DNA from: Macrostomum lignano
Taxonomy: Eukaryota
NCBI GenBank assembly: GCA_002269645.1
Contig: NIVC01000190.1
Coordinates: 186,001 to 250,000 of the forward strand
Length of the DNA: 64,000 bases
Direction: 5' to 3'
The notes under the pieces were generated by a model. It had not been told where the DNA came from. It was given only the letters and a program-made list of their open reading frames with translations, and did not search any database. Shown piece by piece: positions 15,044 through 27,616 of this stretch (the stretch's first letter is position 1; the number at the start of each line of letters is the position of its first letter). A program made the position numbers and the translations under genes.

Positions 15044-16731
15044 ATGTCCTCAGCCATCGCTTCATCATCCTCGGGCGCATCAAGTGCAGCAGCAGCGGCT
15101 GCAGGTCCGCAGCCGGCCCTGGAGATCGGTGGCCGGTTCCCAGTGCTGCGAGTTGCGGACGGGCAGTGGTACCCGGCCGAGATCGTGCACAAACGGGAGA
15201 CCGCCGATCGGGCCAACTCGCAGGAGTATTTCATTCACTATCTGGACTTTGACAGGCGACTTGACGAATGGGTCGGCATTGACCGGATCGATGTGAGCAA
15301 CCCAGCTGGGACTCTCGAGTCCGCCGGGCTGGACCCGCTGGCCTCCAGCGGCGGGGACAAGACCCGCCTGACTCGGCACCAGAAGCGGAAATTTCACGAG
15401 ATTCACCACGTGCCGCAGTCGGTTGAAGAGATGGACGCTGCCACTGCCGCGTTGGAGAGGGAGCACCAGGAGCTGACTAAGGTGCCTAGCTTGGGGAATT
15501 GAGTGATTGATTGATCAGTTTATTGGTTGGTTGGTAGATTGATTGATGTTTTATTAATTGATTGTTTCATTGATTAGTTGATTGATTGGCTCATAAGTTG
15601 ATCGGTTGATTGATAGATACGAGCTAGATCAATTGATTGATTTAATGGTTGGTTGATTGATTGATTGATTAGTTGGTTGGTTGGTAGATTGATTGATAGA
15701 TAGATAGATTGATTGATTTAATGGTTGGTTGATTGATTGATTGATTAGTTGGTTGGTTGGTAGATTGATTGATAGATAGATAGATTGATTGATTTATTGG
15801 TTGGTTGATTGATTGATTAGTTGGTTGGTTGGTAGATTGATTGATAGATAGATAGATTGATTGATTGATAGATAGATAGATTGATTGATTTAATGGGGTC
15901 CATGAGAAATGCCCGCAGACGAATTGCCCGCCGAGATTTGCCCGCAGGAGATTTGCCCGTGGAGATTTGCCCGCCGAGCTTTTCCCGCGGAGATTTGCCC
16001 GCAGTGCATTTTGCCCGTGAGCGAATTGCCCGTGGAGATTTGCCCGCCGAGATTTGCCCGCAATGCAATTTTCCCGCGAGCGAATTGCCCGCCGAGTTTT
16101 TTCCCGCCGAGGTTTGCCCGCAATGCTTTTTTCCTGCAGCGCATTTGGCCACGCGGCAGATTTTGTCTGCATTGCCTTCCCATGCTTAGTACGTGTTAAT
16201 CTCAATAAAGAGATTTACACGATCAAAACTTTTTGATAGTAACTGCATATCAAATGCATATTTTGGGGGTAGCAATGTATAGACAGAATCTAGCTGCCAA
16301 ATGCGCTGCAAAAAAGGATCGCGGGCAAACCTCGGCGGGAAAAAACTCGGCGGGCAATTCGCTCGCGGGCAATTCACTCGCGGGAAAATTGCATTGCGGG
16401 CAAATCTCGGCGGGCAATTCTCGGCGGGCAAATCTCCACGGGCAATTCGCTCACGGGCAAAATGCACTGCGGGCAAATCTCCGCGGGAAAAGCTCGGCGG
16501 GCAAATCTCCACGGGCAAATCTCCTGCGGGCAAATCTCGGCGGGCAATTCGTCTGCGGGCATTTCTCGTGCTCCCGATTTAATGGTTGGTTGGTTGATTG
16601 ATTAGTTGGTTGGTTAGTAGATTGATTGATAGATAGATAGATAGATAGATTGATTGATTGATTGATAGATAGATTGATTGATTTAATGGTTGGTTGGTTG
16701 ATTGATTGATTAGTTGGTTGGTTAGTAGATT

Positions 16732-16766
<35 letters not shown>

Positions 16767-18471
16767 TGATTGATTGATTAGTTGGTTGATTGGTTGATTG
16801 ATTGACTCGTGGATTGATTAATCGATAAACAAATTTGCAGATGTTTTACTAATCAATTGATTGATTGATATAATAATTTATTCACAAGTTGCTCAGCAGA
16901 CCACCTGCCCACCCGCACCGCCCCCATCCCAGGTGAAGTACATCGACCTCATCCAGATTGGCAAATACGAGATCACCACCTGGTACTTCAGCCCCTATCC
17001 TGACGAATACGGCAAGCAGACAAAGCTGTGGATCTGCGAGTACTGCCTGAAGTACATGGGCCTGGAGAAGTCGCACAGATATCACCTGTCCCAGTGCGAA
17101 TACCGCCAGCCCCCTGGCAGAGAAATCTACCGCAAAGGCAATCTGTCAGTATTTGAAGTGGATGGCAAGCAGCGCAAACTCTACTGCCAGTGCCTCTGCC
17201 TGCTGGCCAAGCTGTTCCTGGATCACAAAACTCTGTACTTTGACGTGTCCGGCTTCCTGTTCTACATTCTGTGCGAAGTGGACCGGCACGGCTGTCACAT
17301 TGTGGGCTATTTTAGCAAGGAGAAGGACTCGCCGGATAGCAACAACCTGGCCTGCATCCTCACCCTGCCGCCGCATCAGCGCAAAGGCTACGGCAAGCTG
17401 CTCATTTCGCTGAGCTACGAGTTGGCCAGGGTTGAGGGGCTGGTCGGCGGCCCCGAGAAACCGCTTAGCGATTTGGGGAAAGTCACCTACAGGTAGGGAG
17501 CTTCTGTGTCCCTGCTGGGTCTGCCTGTGTCCCTGCTGGGTCTGCCTGTGTCCCTGTTGTGTCTGTCTATGTGTCTGCCTCTGTCCCCGCTGTGTCTGTC
17601 TCTGTGTCTCTGCTGTGTCTGCATCTGTGCCTCTGCTGTGTCTGCTGTCTGTCTCTGTCCCTGTTGTGTCTGTCTCTGTGTCCAAGCTGTGTCTGCTGCC
17701 TGTCTCTGTCCCTGTTGTGTCTGCATCTGTGCCTCTGCTGTGTCTGTCTCTGTGTCCCTGCTGTGTCTGCATCTGTGCCTCTGCTGTGTCTGTCTCTGTG
17801 TCCCTGCTGTGTCTGCATCTGTGCCTCTGCTGTGTCTGTCTCTGTGTCCCTGCTGTGTCTGCTGCCTGTCTCTGTCCCTGTTGTGTCTGCATCTGTGCCT
17901 CTGCTGTGTCTGTCTCTGTGTCCCTGCTGTGTCTGCATCTGTGCCTCTGCTGTGTCTGTCTCTGTGTCCCTGCTGTGTCTGCATCTGTGCCTCTACTGTG
18001 TCTGTCTCTGTGTCCCTGCTGTGTCTGCATCTGTGCCTCTGTCGTGTCTGTGTGTCCAAGCTGTGTCTGCTGTCTGCCTCTGTGTCCCTGCCGTGTCTGC
18101 CTCTGTCTCTGCTGTGTCGCCCCCCGTATCCACTGCCCTGTGCTTCGCTAGATCACCGATTCAATCCCAACCCCCACAGGAGCTACTGGGAGTACGCCAT
18201 CCTAGACTACATCCAGTCGCATCCGTCCTGCACAGTCCGCGACATCTGCTCAGCCACGGCGATCTCTCGCGATGACGTGCAAGACACTCTGCACGGGCTC
18301 GGCCTGTTGCAATACTGGCGCGGCAGCTACGACCTGTGCCTGCCGCAGCGCACCGTTCAAGAGCACCTGCTGCGCATCTTGCCGAGGAAGCCGCAGCTCA
18401 TCGATGCCGCCTGCCTGCAGTGGTCGCCGCTGTATCCGAAGTCGCCCAAGGCTGAGAAACGGGTGCGGTAA
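15044..18471 (+). CDS. KAT8: MYST-family histone acetyltransferase KAT8/MOF; exons 15044-15481, 16933-17492, 18180-18471
   Basis: Chromo-barrel (WYPAEIV...[16 protein letters not shown]), linker [14 protein letters not shown]...[16 protein letters not shown]2HC finger (CEYCLKY...HLSQC), HKTLYFDV, acetyl-CoA motif [18 protein letters not shown], and C-terminal YWRG...CLQWSP. Splice phases are consistent. Confidence 0.95.
15505..16865. repeat. (GATT/GATA/GGTT)n microsatellite mosaic in KAT8 intron 1, interrupted by a foldback element
   Basis: Arrays at ~15505-15890 and ~16585-16865. Confidence 0.9.
15896..16575. mobile_element. 680-bp foldback/MULE-like non-autonomous element with long subrepeat-containing TIRs and 9-bp TSD
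   Basis: Arm 15896-16149 is the reverse complement of arm 16296-16575, both built from TTGCCCG(C/T)...GAGAT subrepeats. GATTTAATG flanks both ends (15887-15895 and 16576-16584). Confidence 0.85.
17500..18115. repeat. ~46-bp (2x23) TGTC-rich minisatellite in KAT8 intron 2
   Basis: Unit CTGCTGTGTCTGTCTCTGTGTCCCTGCTGTGTCTGCATCTGTGCCT. Confidence 0.9.
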
Positions 18472-19139
18472 CTTGCGGCACTGGTGCCCGACTGATCAAT
18501 ATTTAACTGTGCTTATTTTTTACATTAATATTAATTCTACTTTTATTTAGGTAAGTTTAAGATTAGAAAATTCGCATTTTTTACATACTACTCACATCTA
18601 TTTTATTCGGTAGTATAATTCGGTACTGTAAATAGTAAAAGTTGCGTTTTAAATAACATGTACGGTTATAGAAAACAAAATTGCTGTTTTGTCATTAAAC
18701 TAATTATAGTTTAGCAGCTTGAGTACATTCTGTCAATGTATATCCATTCTTATAAGCCCGTTTGCCGCATGCTTACTTATTGTTATTCGTTTTCTTATTT
18801 AAGTCCTTTGTTTATTAATTAATGAAATTAATAAATCGTTAGCAATGGCAACAAACGCGTGTGTTTATCAAGCGGTGGCAATTCAGTCAAGAAATCCATT
18901 TCTGTTATTCTATTGTCGCATTAAAGTTAAAATTTAAAACTAAAAAAGAAAACTTATCATGGTCTTTGTTTGTGTGTCCTTTTACAAGCTAAAAAAACAA
19001 AAAATGTAAAATCCAGAAATTAAAGATAAACAAAAAGTGGAATTGAGAAAAATACGGTGTGAACTTTGAGCAGCACCGAGTCCTGCTCAAGAAAAAACAA
19101 CCCATTCGATCTTTCACAAAGAAGTTGTCAGTAATTCAA

Positions 19140-20640
19140 AGATATCAAATCCCAGGTGCTGCAAATCACAAATCCAAAATCCCAGGTGTTGCAGCTCACA
19201 GATCCCCAAATCCCAGTTGTTGCAGCTCACAGATCCCTAAATCCCAGTTGTTGCAGCTCACAGATCCCCAAATCCCAGGTGTTGCAGCTCACAGATCCCC
19301 AAAATCCCAGGTGTTGCAGCTCACAGATCCCCAAATCCCAGGTGTTGCAGCTCACAGATCCCCAAAATCTCAGGTGTTGCAAATAACAGATCCCCAAATC
19401 CCAGGTGTTGCAGCTCACAGATCCCCAAATCCCAGTTGTTGCAAATCACAGATCCCCAAATCCCAGTTGTTGCAGCTCACAGATCCCCAAATCCCAGTTG
19501 TTGCAGCTCACAGATCCCTAAATCCCAGGTGTTGCAGCTCACAGATCCCCAAATCCCAGGTGTTGCAGCTCACAGATCCCCAAAATCTCAGGTGTTGCAA
19601 ATCACAGATCCCCAAATCCCAGGTGTTGCAGCTCACAGATCCCCAAAATCTCAGTTGTTGCAGCTCACAGATCCCCAAATCCCAGGTGTTGCAGCTCACA
19701 GATCCCCAAAATCTCAGGTGTTGCAAATCACAGATCCCCAAATCCCAGGTGTTGCAGCTCACAGATCCCCAAATCCCAGGTGTTGCAGCTCACAGATCCC
19801 CAAAATCTCAGGTGTTGCAAATCACAAATCCCAAAATCTCAGGTGTTGCAAATCACAGATCCCCAAAATCCCAGGTGTTGCAAATCACAGATCCCCAAAA
19901 TCCCAGGTATTGCAAATCACAGATCCCAAAACCTCAGGTGTTGCAAATCACAGATCCCCAAAATCCCAGGTATTGCAAATCACAGATCCCAAAACCTCAG
20001 GTGTTGCAAATCACAGATCCCCAAAATCCCAGGTGTTGCAGCTCATGGATCCCCAAATCCCAGGTGTTGCAAATCACAGATCCCCAAAATCCCAGGTGTT
20101 GCAAATCACAGATCCCAAAATCCCAGGTGTTGCAAATCACAGATCCCAAAACCTCAGGTGTTGCAAATCACAGATCCCCAAAATCCCAGGTGTTGCAGCT
20201 CATGGATCCCCAAAATCCCAGGTGTTGCAAATCACAGATCCCAAAATCTCAGGTGTTGCAAATCACATCCCCAAAATCCCAGGTGTTGCAAATCACAGAT
20301 CCCAAAATCCCAGGTATTGCAAATCACAGATCCCAAAACCTCAGGTGTTGCAAATCACAGATCCCAAAATCCCAGGTGTTGCAGCTCATGGATCCCCAAA
20401 ATCTCAGGTGTTGCAAATCACAGATCCCCAAAATCCCAGGTGTTGCAAATCACAGATCCCAAAATCCCAGGTATTGCAAATCACAGATCCCAAAATCCCA
20501 GGTGTTGCAAATCACAGATCCCAAAATCCCAGGTGTTGCAAATCACAGATCCCCAAATCCCAGGTGTTGCAAATCACAGATCCCAAAACCTCAGATGTTG
20601 CAAATCACAGATCCCACGATCCCAGGTGCCACAAACCAGA
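19140..20640. repeat. 31-32-bp minisatellite (AAATCACAGATCCCAAAATCCCAGGTGTTGC) downstream of PLCXD copy A
   Basis: Tandem array; the same family occurs at 26330-27545. Confidence 0.95.
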
Positions 20641-20706
20641 TATCCCAAATTTGAAAAACCAGCACCATCCCAGTAACTCCCTCTCAAATCCAGACTCTCC
20701 GCGTCA

Positions 20707-23700
20707 TCACTGGAAGTTGAGCCCGGCAACCGCCTGCACGAAGTCGCTGTCCTCCACAAAGTCGGTGATGGCCACGTTCACGCCTTGGCAGCCGAGCGCC
20801 TTCTTGCCCTGCCGCAGCCAGCTCACGAATGCCCGGTTGCCGGGCAGGCTGAGGGAATTGCGCAAGCTGCTCAGGGGATGCCGCAGGATGAAGCCGGCAT
20901 CTGGCGTGAGCACAGCCTGCAGTACCAGAAAGTGGTTGCCATGTGGCATGGAGTAGGTGCGGTCCAGAGCCGCCACCATCTCGCCAATGTCGGTGGTGTT
21001 GGGCCACGGACTGGGCATCCAGGTGCCGCTCTCCCACAGGGCTGGCAGTTCGCTGCGGTCGAACTGGGAGGCCTGAAATGCCAGCACCGACTGGTTCTGG
21101 GAGCGCAGCTGGGCCAGGCTCGGCACCTCGGAGGCTGGCGGGCTGAGGCGGCGGCCCAGCTTGGAGATGAGCAGCTGCTGGAAGGCCCGCATGTCCGACA
21201 GGCTGTCCATGCTGTAGAAATGGTTGAAGTCCAGCAGCACCGCCTCGGCGGGGTGCGCCGCCACGAAGTCGGCAATCTGAGGGTTGGGTTTGGCCGTGTC
21301 AAACGTGTCAATCTCAAGGCCGGTAATTGCTCGAGCAGAGCCAAGCCGAGATTCCAATTTAGTCTCAAATTAATGTAACTGCACTTGGAATCGAGCCTGG
21401 GCCGCTGGCACAGAGCGCAGGTAAGAGTGTCCAACCTGATCCAGCACCTCCTCCAGGCTGATGGAGATCAGCGAGTGCAGCAGCCGGAATCCGTCGTCAA
21501 ATTTAGCGACTCGCAGGTCCAAATAGCGAATGCCGAGGTCCAGCTGCTGGCGGATGGTCAGCGACTGGGTGCGCCACCACCTCCTCAGGTAGAGGCGGCC
21601 TGCCGTGTTGTTGAAGTAGCTGCAAGAGCCGGAGCAGTTACTACGGCGGATTAATATTGTATGAGTGGATTAGCTAGAGATGAGCATTATGGAGTCAGTA
21701 TTCAGGATGGATTAAGAGTCAGTATTCAGGATGGATTAAGAGTCAGTATTCAAGATGGATTAAGAGTCAGTATTCAGGATGGATTAAGAGTCAGTATTCA
21801 AGATGGATTAGGAGTCAGTATTCAGGATGGATTAAGAGTCAGTATTCAGGATGGATTAAGAGTCAGTATTCAAGATGGATTAAGAGTCAGTATTCAAGAT
21901 GGATTAAGAGTCAGTATTCAAGATGGATTAAGAGTCAGTATTCAGGATGGATTAAGAGTCAGTATTCAAGATGGATTAAGAGTCAGTATTCAAGATGGAT
22001 TAAGAGTCAGTATTCAGGATGGATTAAGAGTCAGTATTCAGGATGGATTAAGAGTCAGTATTCAGGATGGATTAAGAGTCAGTATTCAAGATGGATTAAG
22101 AGTCAGCATTGAGGATGGATTAAGAGTCAGTATTCAAGATGGATTAAGAGTCAGTATTCAGGATGGATTAAGAGTCAGTATTCAAGATGGATTAAGAGTC
22201 AGTATTCAGGATGGATTAAGAGTCAGTATTCAAGATGGATTAAGAGTCAGTATTCAGGATGGATTAAGAGTCAGTATTCAAGATGGATTAAGAGTCAGTA
22301 TTCAGGATGGATTAAGAGTCAGTATTCAGGATGGATTAAGAGTCAGTATTCAGGATGGATTAAGAGGCAGTATTCAAGATGGATTAAGAGTCAGTATTCA
22401 AGATGGATTAAGAGTCAGTATTCAGGATGGATTAAGAGTCAGCATTGAGGATGGATTAAGAGTCAGTATTCAAGATGGATTAAGAGTCAGCATTGAGGAT
22501 GGATTAAGAGTCAGTATTCAAGATGGATTAAGAGTCAGTATTCAAGATGGATTAGGAGTCAGTATTCAGGATGGATTAAGAGTCAGTATTCAGGATGGAT
22601 TAAGAGTCAGTATTCAAGATGGATTAAGAGTCAGTATTCAAGATGGATTAAGAGTCAGCATTGAGGATGGATTAAGAGTCAGTATTCAAGATGGATTAAG
22701 AGTCAGTATTCAGGATGGATTAAGAGTCAGTATTCAGGATGGATTAAGAGTCAGTATTCAGGATGGATTAAGAGTCAGCATTGAGGATGGATTAAGAGTC
22801 AGTATTCAAGATGGATTAAGAGTCAGTATTCAGGATGGATTAAGAGTCAGTATTCAAGATGGATTAAGAGTCAGTATTCAGGATGGATTAAGAGTCAGTA
22901 TTTAGGATGGATTAAGAGTCAGTATTCAAGATGGATTAAGAGTCAGTATTCAAGATGGATTAAGAGTCAGTATTCAAGATGGATTAAGAGTCAGTATTCA
23001 GGATGGATTAAGAGTCAGTATTCAAGATGGATTAAGAGTCAGTATTCAAGATGGATTAAGAGTCAGTATTCAGGATGGATTAAGAGTCAGTATTCAGGAT
23101 GGATTAAGAGTCAGTAATCAGGATGGATTAAGAGTCAGTATTCAAGATGGATTAAGAGTCAGCATTGAGGATGGATTAAGAGTCAGTATTCAAGATGGAT
23201 TAAGAGTCAGTATTCAGGATGGATTAAGAGTCAGTATTCAAGATGGATTAAGAGTCAGTATTCAGGATGGATTAAGAGTCAGTATTCAAGATGGATTAAG
23301 AGTCAGTATTCAGGATGGATTAAGAGTCAGTATTCAAGATGGATTAAGAGTCAGTATTCAGGATGGATTAAGAGTCAGTATTCAGGATGGATTAAGAGTC
23401 AGTATTCAGGATGGATTAAGAGTCAGTATTCAAGATGGATTAAGAGTCAGTATTCAAGATGGATTAAGAGTCAGTATTCAAGATGGATTAAGAGTCAGTA
23501 TTCAAGATGGATTAAGAGTCAGCATTGAGGATGGATTAAGAGTCAGTATTCAAGATGGATTAAGAGTCAGTATTCAAGATGGATTAAGAGTCAGTATTCA
23601 AGATGGATTAAGAGTCAGTATTCAGGATGGATTAAGAGTCAGTATTCAGGATGGATTAAGAGTCAGTATTCAAGATGGATTAAGAGTCAGTATTCAAGAT

Positions 23701-25712
23701 GGATTAAGAGTCAGCATTGAGGATGGATTAAGAGTCAGTATTCAAGATGGATTAAGAGTCAGTATTCAGGATGGATTAAGAGTCAGTATTCAGGATGGAT
23801 TAAGAGTCAGTATTCAGGATGGATTAAGAGTCAGCATTGAGGATGGATTAAGAGTCAGTATTCAAGATGGATTAAGAGTCAGTATTCAAGATGGATTAAG
23901 AGTCAGTATTCAGGATGGATTAAGAGTCAGTATTCAAGATGGATTAAGAGTCAGCATTCAGGATGGATTAAGAGTCAGTATTCAGGATGGATTAAGAGTC
24001 AGTATTCAAGATGGATTAAGAGTCAGTATTCAAGATGGATTAAGAGTCAGTATTCAGGATGGATTAGGAGTCAGCATTGAGGATGGATTAAGAGTCAGTA
24101 TTCAAGATGGATTAAGAGTCAGCATTGAGGATGGATTAAGAGTCAGTATTCAAGATGGATTAAGAGTCAGTATTCAAGATGGATTAAGAGTCAGTATTCA
24201 GGATGGATTAAGAGTCAGTATTCAAGATGGATTAAGAGTCAGTATTCAGGATGGATTAAGAGTCAGTATTCAGGATGGATTAAGAGTCAGTATTCAAGAT
24301 GGATTAAGAGTCAGTATTCAGGATGGATTAAGAGTCAGTATTCAGGATGGATTAAGAGTCAGTATTCAGGATGGATTAAGAGTCAGTATTCAAGATGGAT
24401 TAAGAGTCAGTATTCAAGATGGATTAAGAGTCAGTATTCAAGATGGATTAAGAGTCAGTATTCAAGATGGATTAAGAGTCAGTATTCAAGATGGATTAAG
24501 AGTCAGCATTGAGGATGGATTAAGAGTCAGTATTCAAGATGGATTAAGAGTCAGTATTCAAGATGGATTAAGAGTCAGTATTCAGGATGGATTAAGAGTC
24601 AGTATTCAAGATGGATTAAGAGTCAGTATTCAGGATGGATTAAGAGTCAGTATTCAAGATGGATTAAGAGTCAGTATTCAAGATGGATTAAGAGTCAGTA
24701 TTCAGGATGGATTAAGAGTCAGTATTCAAGATGGATTAAGAGTCAGTATTCAAGATGGATTAAGAGTCAGTATTCAGGATGGATTAAGAGTCAGTATTCA
24801 GGATGGATTAAGAGTCAGTATTGAGGATGGATTAAGAGTCAGTATTCAGGATGGATTAAGAGTCAGTATTCAAGATGGATTAAGAGTCAGTATTCAGGAT
24901 GGATTAAGAGTCAGTATTCAGGATGGATTAAGAGTTAGTATTCAGGATGGATTAAGAGTCAGCATTGAGGATGGATTAAGAGTCAGTATTCAAGATGGAT
25001 TAAGAGTCAGTATTCAAGATGGATTAAGAGTCAGCATTGAGGATGGATTAAGAGTCAGTATTCAAGATGGATTAAGAGTCAGCATTGAGGATGGATTAAG
25101 AGTTAGTATTCAAGATGGATTAAGAGTCAGTATTCAAGATGGATTAAGAGTCAGTATTCAGGATGGATTAAGAGTCAGTATTCAGGATGGATTAAGAGTC
25201 AGTATTCAGGATGGATTAAGAGTCAGCATTGAGGATGGATTAAGAGTCAGTATTCAAGATGGATTAAGAGTCAGTATTCAAGATGGATTAAGAGTCAGTA
25301 TTCAAGATGGATTAAGAGTCAGTATTCAGGATGGATTAAGAGTCAGTATTCAGGATGGATTAAGAGTCAGTATTGAGGATGGATTAAGAGTCAGTATTCA
25401 GGATGGATTAAGAGTCAGTATTCAAGATGGATTAAGAGGCAGTATTCAGGATGGATTAAGAGGCAGTATTCAAAACAGGTTAGTCCCAATTATGGTGATG
25501 GATTAGCACTGACTGGAAGAATTCTCCCCATACCGTCGGGGCGCCTCCGGCGAGTCGGGCCCAATGCACCGGTGCAGGTCCAAGAACTCTGTGCAGCTGT
25601 CGTGGGAGCCCGGCAGAGCCAGCTGGCACAGAGGCAGCCGAGCCGCAGACTCTGGCAGCTGTGACATCCAGTCGGTGCCGTTGAATGACTTTGCTGAGCA
25701 ACCGCTGGTCAT
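20707..25712 (-). CDS. PLCXD: PI-PLC X domain-containing protein, copy A; exons 25712-25534, 21619-21436, 21276-20707
   Basis: WMSQLPE...LCQLALPGSHDS (catalytic His), GPDSP, WWRTQSLTIRQQLDLGIRYLDLRV...LLHSL, EAVLLDFNHFYSM, SPWPNTTD, QAVLTP, VNVAITDFV. These are PLCXD1-3 family motifs. Splice phases are consistent. Confidence 0.88.
21690..25470. repeat. 24-bp satellite (GGATTAAGAGTCAGTATTCA(A/G)GAT), ~157 copies, in PLCXD-A intron 1
   Basis: Highly homogeneous 3.8-kb array with an interspersed AGCATTGAGG variant. Confidence 0.97.
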
Positions 25713-26329
25713 GGTGTCAGCTGACGGCTGCTGCAAAGACTGCGATATGATTGCGTTGCGGTCGGTGTATTGGATACCACAGGTGAACCCTCCAAGACAC
25801 AATTGCTGAACCCTCCAAGACACAACTGCTGAACCCTTCAAGACAATTGCTGAACCCATTCTTAGGCACAAAATTACTAGCATTAGAACTATAATGTTAC
25901 TAAGATTCTGCAGAATTTCAAATAAAAATTGGCACAATTAGTTTGCATATTAGAAAAAATAATTTGTCATAATTATTTATTAATAATCAAAGGCACAGCA
26001 TTATTTATTGTATTTAAATCAGATTTCAAACATCAGACGAAAGACGGGTTTAGCACAGACATCGGAAAGAATGTTACAGTCAGGGTCAATATGGGCAATA
26101 ACACTTGTTCAAATCGATTAAACTTGGTTTTACTCACGGTAACAAAAATCTAAACTACAAAACGTGATTAGAACAATGGGACACAGCTTAAAATCAAATC
26201 AAGTAATAAACTACTTCAAATATTAGCTCTAATAAGTGGAGAATCGTATTTGAATTTTTGGTCACTTGATATATGATTAAAAAGGCGCGTGTTAATATTG
26301 TGAGTTTTTATTTAGCGATAAAAAACGCC

Positions 26330-27545
26330 TGCAAATCACAAAAATCAAAATTCCTGGCGTTGCAATCTCAGATCCTCAAATCGCCGGTGCTGCAACTCAC
26401 AGATCTTAAAATCCCAGGTGTTGCAAATCACGGATCCCAAATTCCCAGGTGTTACAAATCACGGATCCCAAATTCCCAGGTGTTGCAAATCACAGTTCCC
26501 AAAATCTCAGGTGTTGCAAATCACATCCCCAAAATCACAGATCCCCAAAATCCCAGGTGTTGCAAATCACAGATCCCCAAAATCCCAGGTGTTGCAAATC
26601 ACCCCCAAAATCACAGATCCCCAAAATCCTAGGTGTTGCAAATCACATCCCCAAAATCCCAGGTGTTGCAGCTCACAGATCCCAAAATCCCAGGTATTGC
26701 AAATCACAGATCCCAAAATCCCAGGTGTTGCAGCTCACAGATCCCAAAATCCCAGGTATTGCAGCTCACAGATCCCAAAATCCCAGGTGTTGCAGCTCAC
26801 AGATCCCAAAATCCCAGGTATTGCAGCTCACAGATCCCAAAATCCCAGGTGTTGCAAATCACAGATCCCAAAATCTCAGGTATTGCAAATCACAGATCCC
26901 CAAAATCCCAGGTGTTGCAAATCACAGATCCCCAAATCCCAGGTATTGCAGCTCACAGATCCCAAAATCCCAGGTGTTGCAGCTCACAGATCCCAAAATC
27001 CCAGGTATTGCAGCTCACAGATCCCAAAATCCCAGGTGTTGCAAATCACAGATCCCAAAATCCCAGGTATTGCAAATCACAGATCCCAAAATCCCAGGTA
27101 TTGCAAATCACAGATCCCAAAATCCCAGGTTTGCAGCTCACAGATCCCAAAATCCCAGGTGTTGCAGCTCACAGATCTCAAAATCCCAGGTGTTGCAGCT
27201 CACAGATCTTAAAATCCAAGGTGCTGCAAATCACAGATTCCAAAATCCCAGGTGTTGCAAATCACAGATATCCAAAATCCCAGGTATTGCAGCTCACAGA
27301 TCTCAAAATCCAAGGTGCTGCAAATCACAGATCCCAAAATCCCAGGTGTTGCAAATCACAGATATCCAAAATCCCAGGTATTGCAAATCACAGATATCCA
27401 AAATCCCAGGTATTGCAAATCACAGATCCCAAAACCTCAGGTGTTGCAAATCACAGATCCCCAAAATCCCAGGTGTTGCAAATCACAGATCTCCAAAATC
27501 CCAGGTGTTGCAAATCACAGATCCCACGATCCCAGGTGCCACAAA
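26330..27545. repeat. 31-32-bp minisatellite downstream of PLCXD copy B (same family as 19140-20640)
   Basis: Same unit and same unique junction sequence next to the PLCXD stop codon. Confidence 0.95.
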
Positions 27546-27616
27546 CCAGATATCCCAAATCCGAAAAATCAGGACCATCCCAGTAACTCCCTCTCAAATC
27601 CAGACTCTCCGCGTCA

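Noticed and set aside
14943-15296. Alternative upstream ORF overlapping the KAT8 start
   Set aside because: Different frame from the conserved chromo-barrel, with no recognisable domain.
19059-20956. 500+ aa ORFs (SQIPKSQVLQ...), also at 26418-27866
   Set aside because: Readthrough of the 31-bp minisatellite; open in several frames with no domain content.
21661-22905. 414-aa ORF of SIQDGLRV repeats
   Set aside because: Translation of a 24-bp intronic satellite on the antisense strand of PLCXD-A. The unit is a multiple of 3 and happens to lack stops.
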